Shown in pieces: positions 63,430 to 64,000 of a stretch of DNA of 64,000 bases. Position 1 is the stretch's first letter. Each line of letters opens with the position of its first letter. Below the pieces are notes generated by a model, which saw only the letters and a list, made by a program, of their open reading frames with translations, ran no database searches and was not told where the DNA came from. A program made the translations under genes and the position numbers. Source of the stretch: Pseudomonadota bacterium (GTDB lineage: Bacteria; Bdellovibrionota_G; JALEGL01; DATDPG01); contig JAZDDX010000020.1 of the NCBI GenBank assembly GCA_043809315.1, positions 64,001 through 128,000 of the forward strand. Direction: 5' to 3'.

Positions 63430-63902
63430 TTCTTCCCCTCCTGGGTCTTCTCGTACTTCTTGAGGATCTTCCGGACCTCCCGGTGACTGAGCTTCCCATG
63501 CGTCGTCTCCCCCACCATGATGACCGGAGCGAGAGAACAGCACCCGAGACAGGCGACCGTCTCCAACGTGAACTGTTTGTCTTTCGTCGTCTCGCCGTCG
63601 CCAATCCCGAGTTTGTCCTGGACCGCTTTCGAGATGTCGTTCGCGCCGTTCACGTGGCAGGCGGTCCCGTGGCAGACTTTGATGATGTTCTTCCCGACCG
63701 GTCGGTGACGGAACTGCGAATAGAAGGTCGCGACGCCGTAGACGGCGGAAAGAGGAGCTCCCGTCTTCTTGTGGATCTCGATCAGCCTTTCCCGGCTTAA
63801 GAATCCGTCTTCCGCCTGCACTTTCTGGAGCATGGGGATCAGTTTTCCCTCCTGCCCGGCCCAGGTATGGGTCTTGAGATTGTACTGTCGATGCATTTCC
63901 AT
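63426..63902 (-). CDS. NuoE/HydC/StnA-like [2Fe-2S] subunit
   Basis: Motifs YGVATFYSQF, CHGTAC, CLGCC. Confidence 0.93.
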   Translation of the reverse strand: MEMHRQYNLKTHTWAGQEGKLIPMLQKVQAEDGFLSRERLIEIHKKTGAPLSAVYGVATFYSQFRHRPVGKNIIKVCHGTACHVNGANDISKAVQDKLGIGDGETTKDKQFTLETVACLGCCSLAPVIMVGETTHGKLSHREVRKILKKYEKTQEGKK

Positions 63903-63921
63903 GGTTTCCCTTCGCTCCCGG

Positions 63922-64000
63922 TCAATCGTACGGAGTCTCGAACATCTTGTTCATGAGCTGCATCATCTGGTCGATGTCGCCGACGCCGCCGATCGCATGT
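63922..64000 (-). CDS. C-terminal fragment of an upstream gene (partial)
   Basis: ...HAIGGVGDIDQMMQLMNKMFETPYD* in host-like codons, ending 20 nt before the nuoE-like ATG. Confidence 0.55.
   Translation of the reverse strand, partial: HAIGGVGDIDQMMQLMNKMFETPYD

Overview
A 64-kb, GC-rich, gene-dense bacterial chromosomal segment. A Cys-containing C-terminal sorting tail, a Myxococcus-type PilZ domain and orphan secreted proteins suggest a deltaproteobacterial-like lineage; that taxonomy is inference only. I found no rRNA, tRNA, CRISPR array, integrase or transposase. The core (about 12.9-49.8 kb) is a dispersed purine-catabolism island. It carries xdhABC, two deaminases, a Moco biosynthesis operon, two fold-type II PLP enzymes, carbamate kinase, a YgeW-like and an atypical ATCase-like carbamoyltransferase, SsnA, a Se-dependent-type Mo hydroxylase, a DPD-like flavoprotein, a hydantoinase, an AzgA permease and a GS-like enzyme. 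This looks like a rewired version of the reductive (2,8-dioxopurine) urate pathway: no YgeY, YgeX or YgfK is visible in the window, but each has a candidate replacement. The flanks hold an S8 protease preceded by a free-standing copy of its own propeptide, a PhoPQ-like module with two matching operator boxes, a TPP riboswitch-thiN-SSS unit, two TA-like pairs, sigma54-type promoters in front of orphan secreted genes, a StnABC-like electron-bifurcating complex and a cNMP-PilZ protein. One orphan gene is inserted precisely behind a replaced 3' end of the carbamate kinase gene, leaving a 101-bp direct repeat. All family calls come from recognising motifs by eye; no database searches were run.
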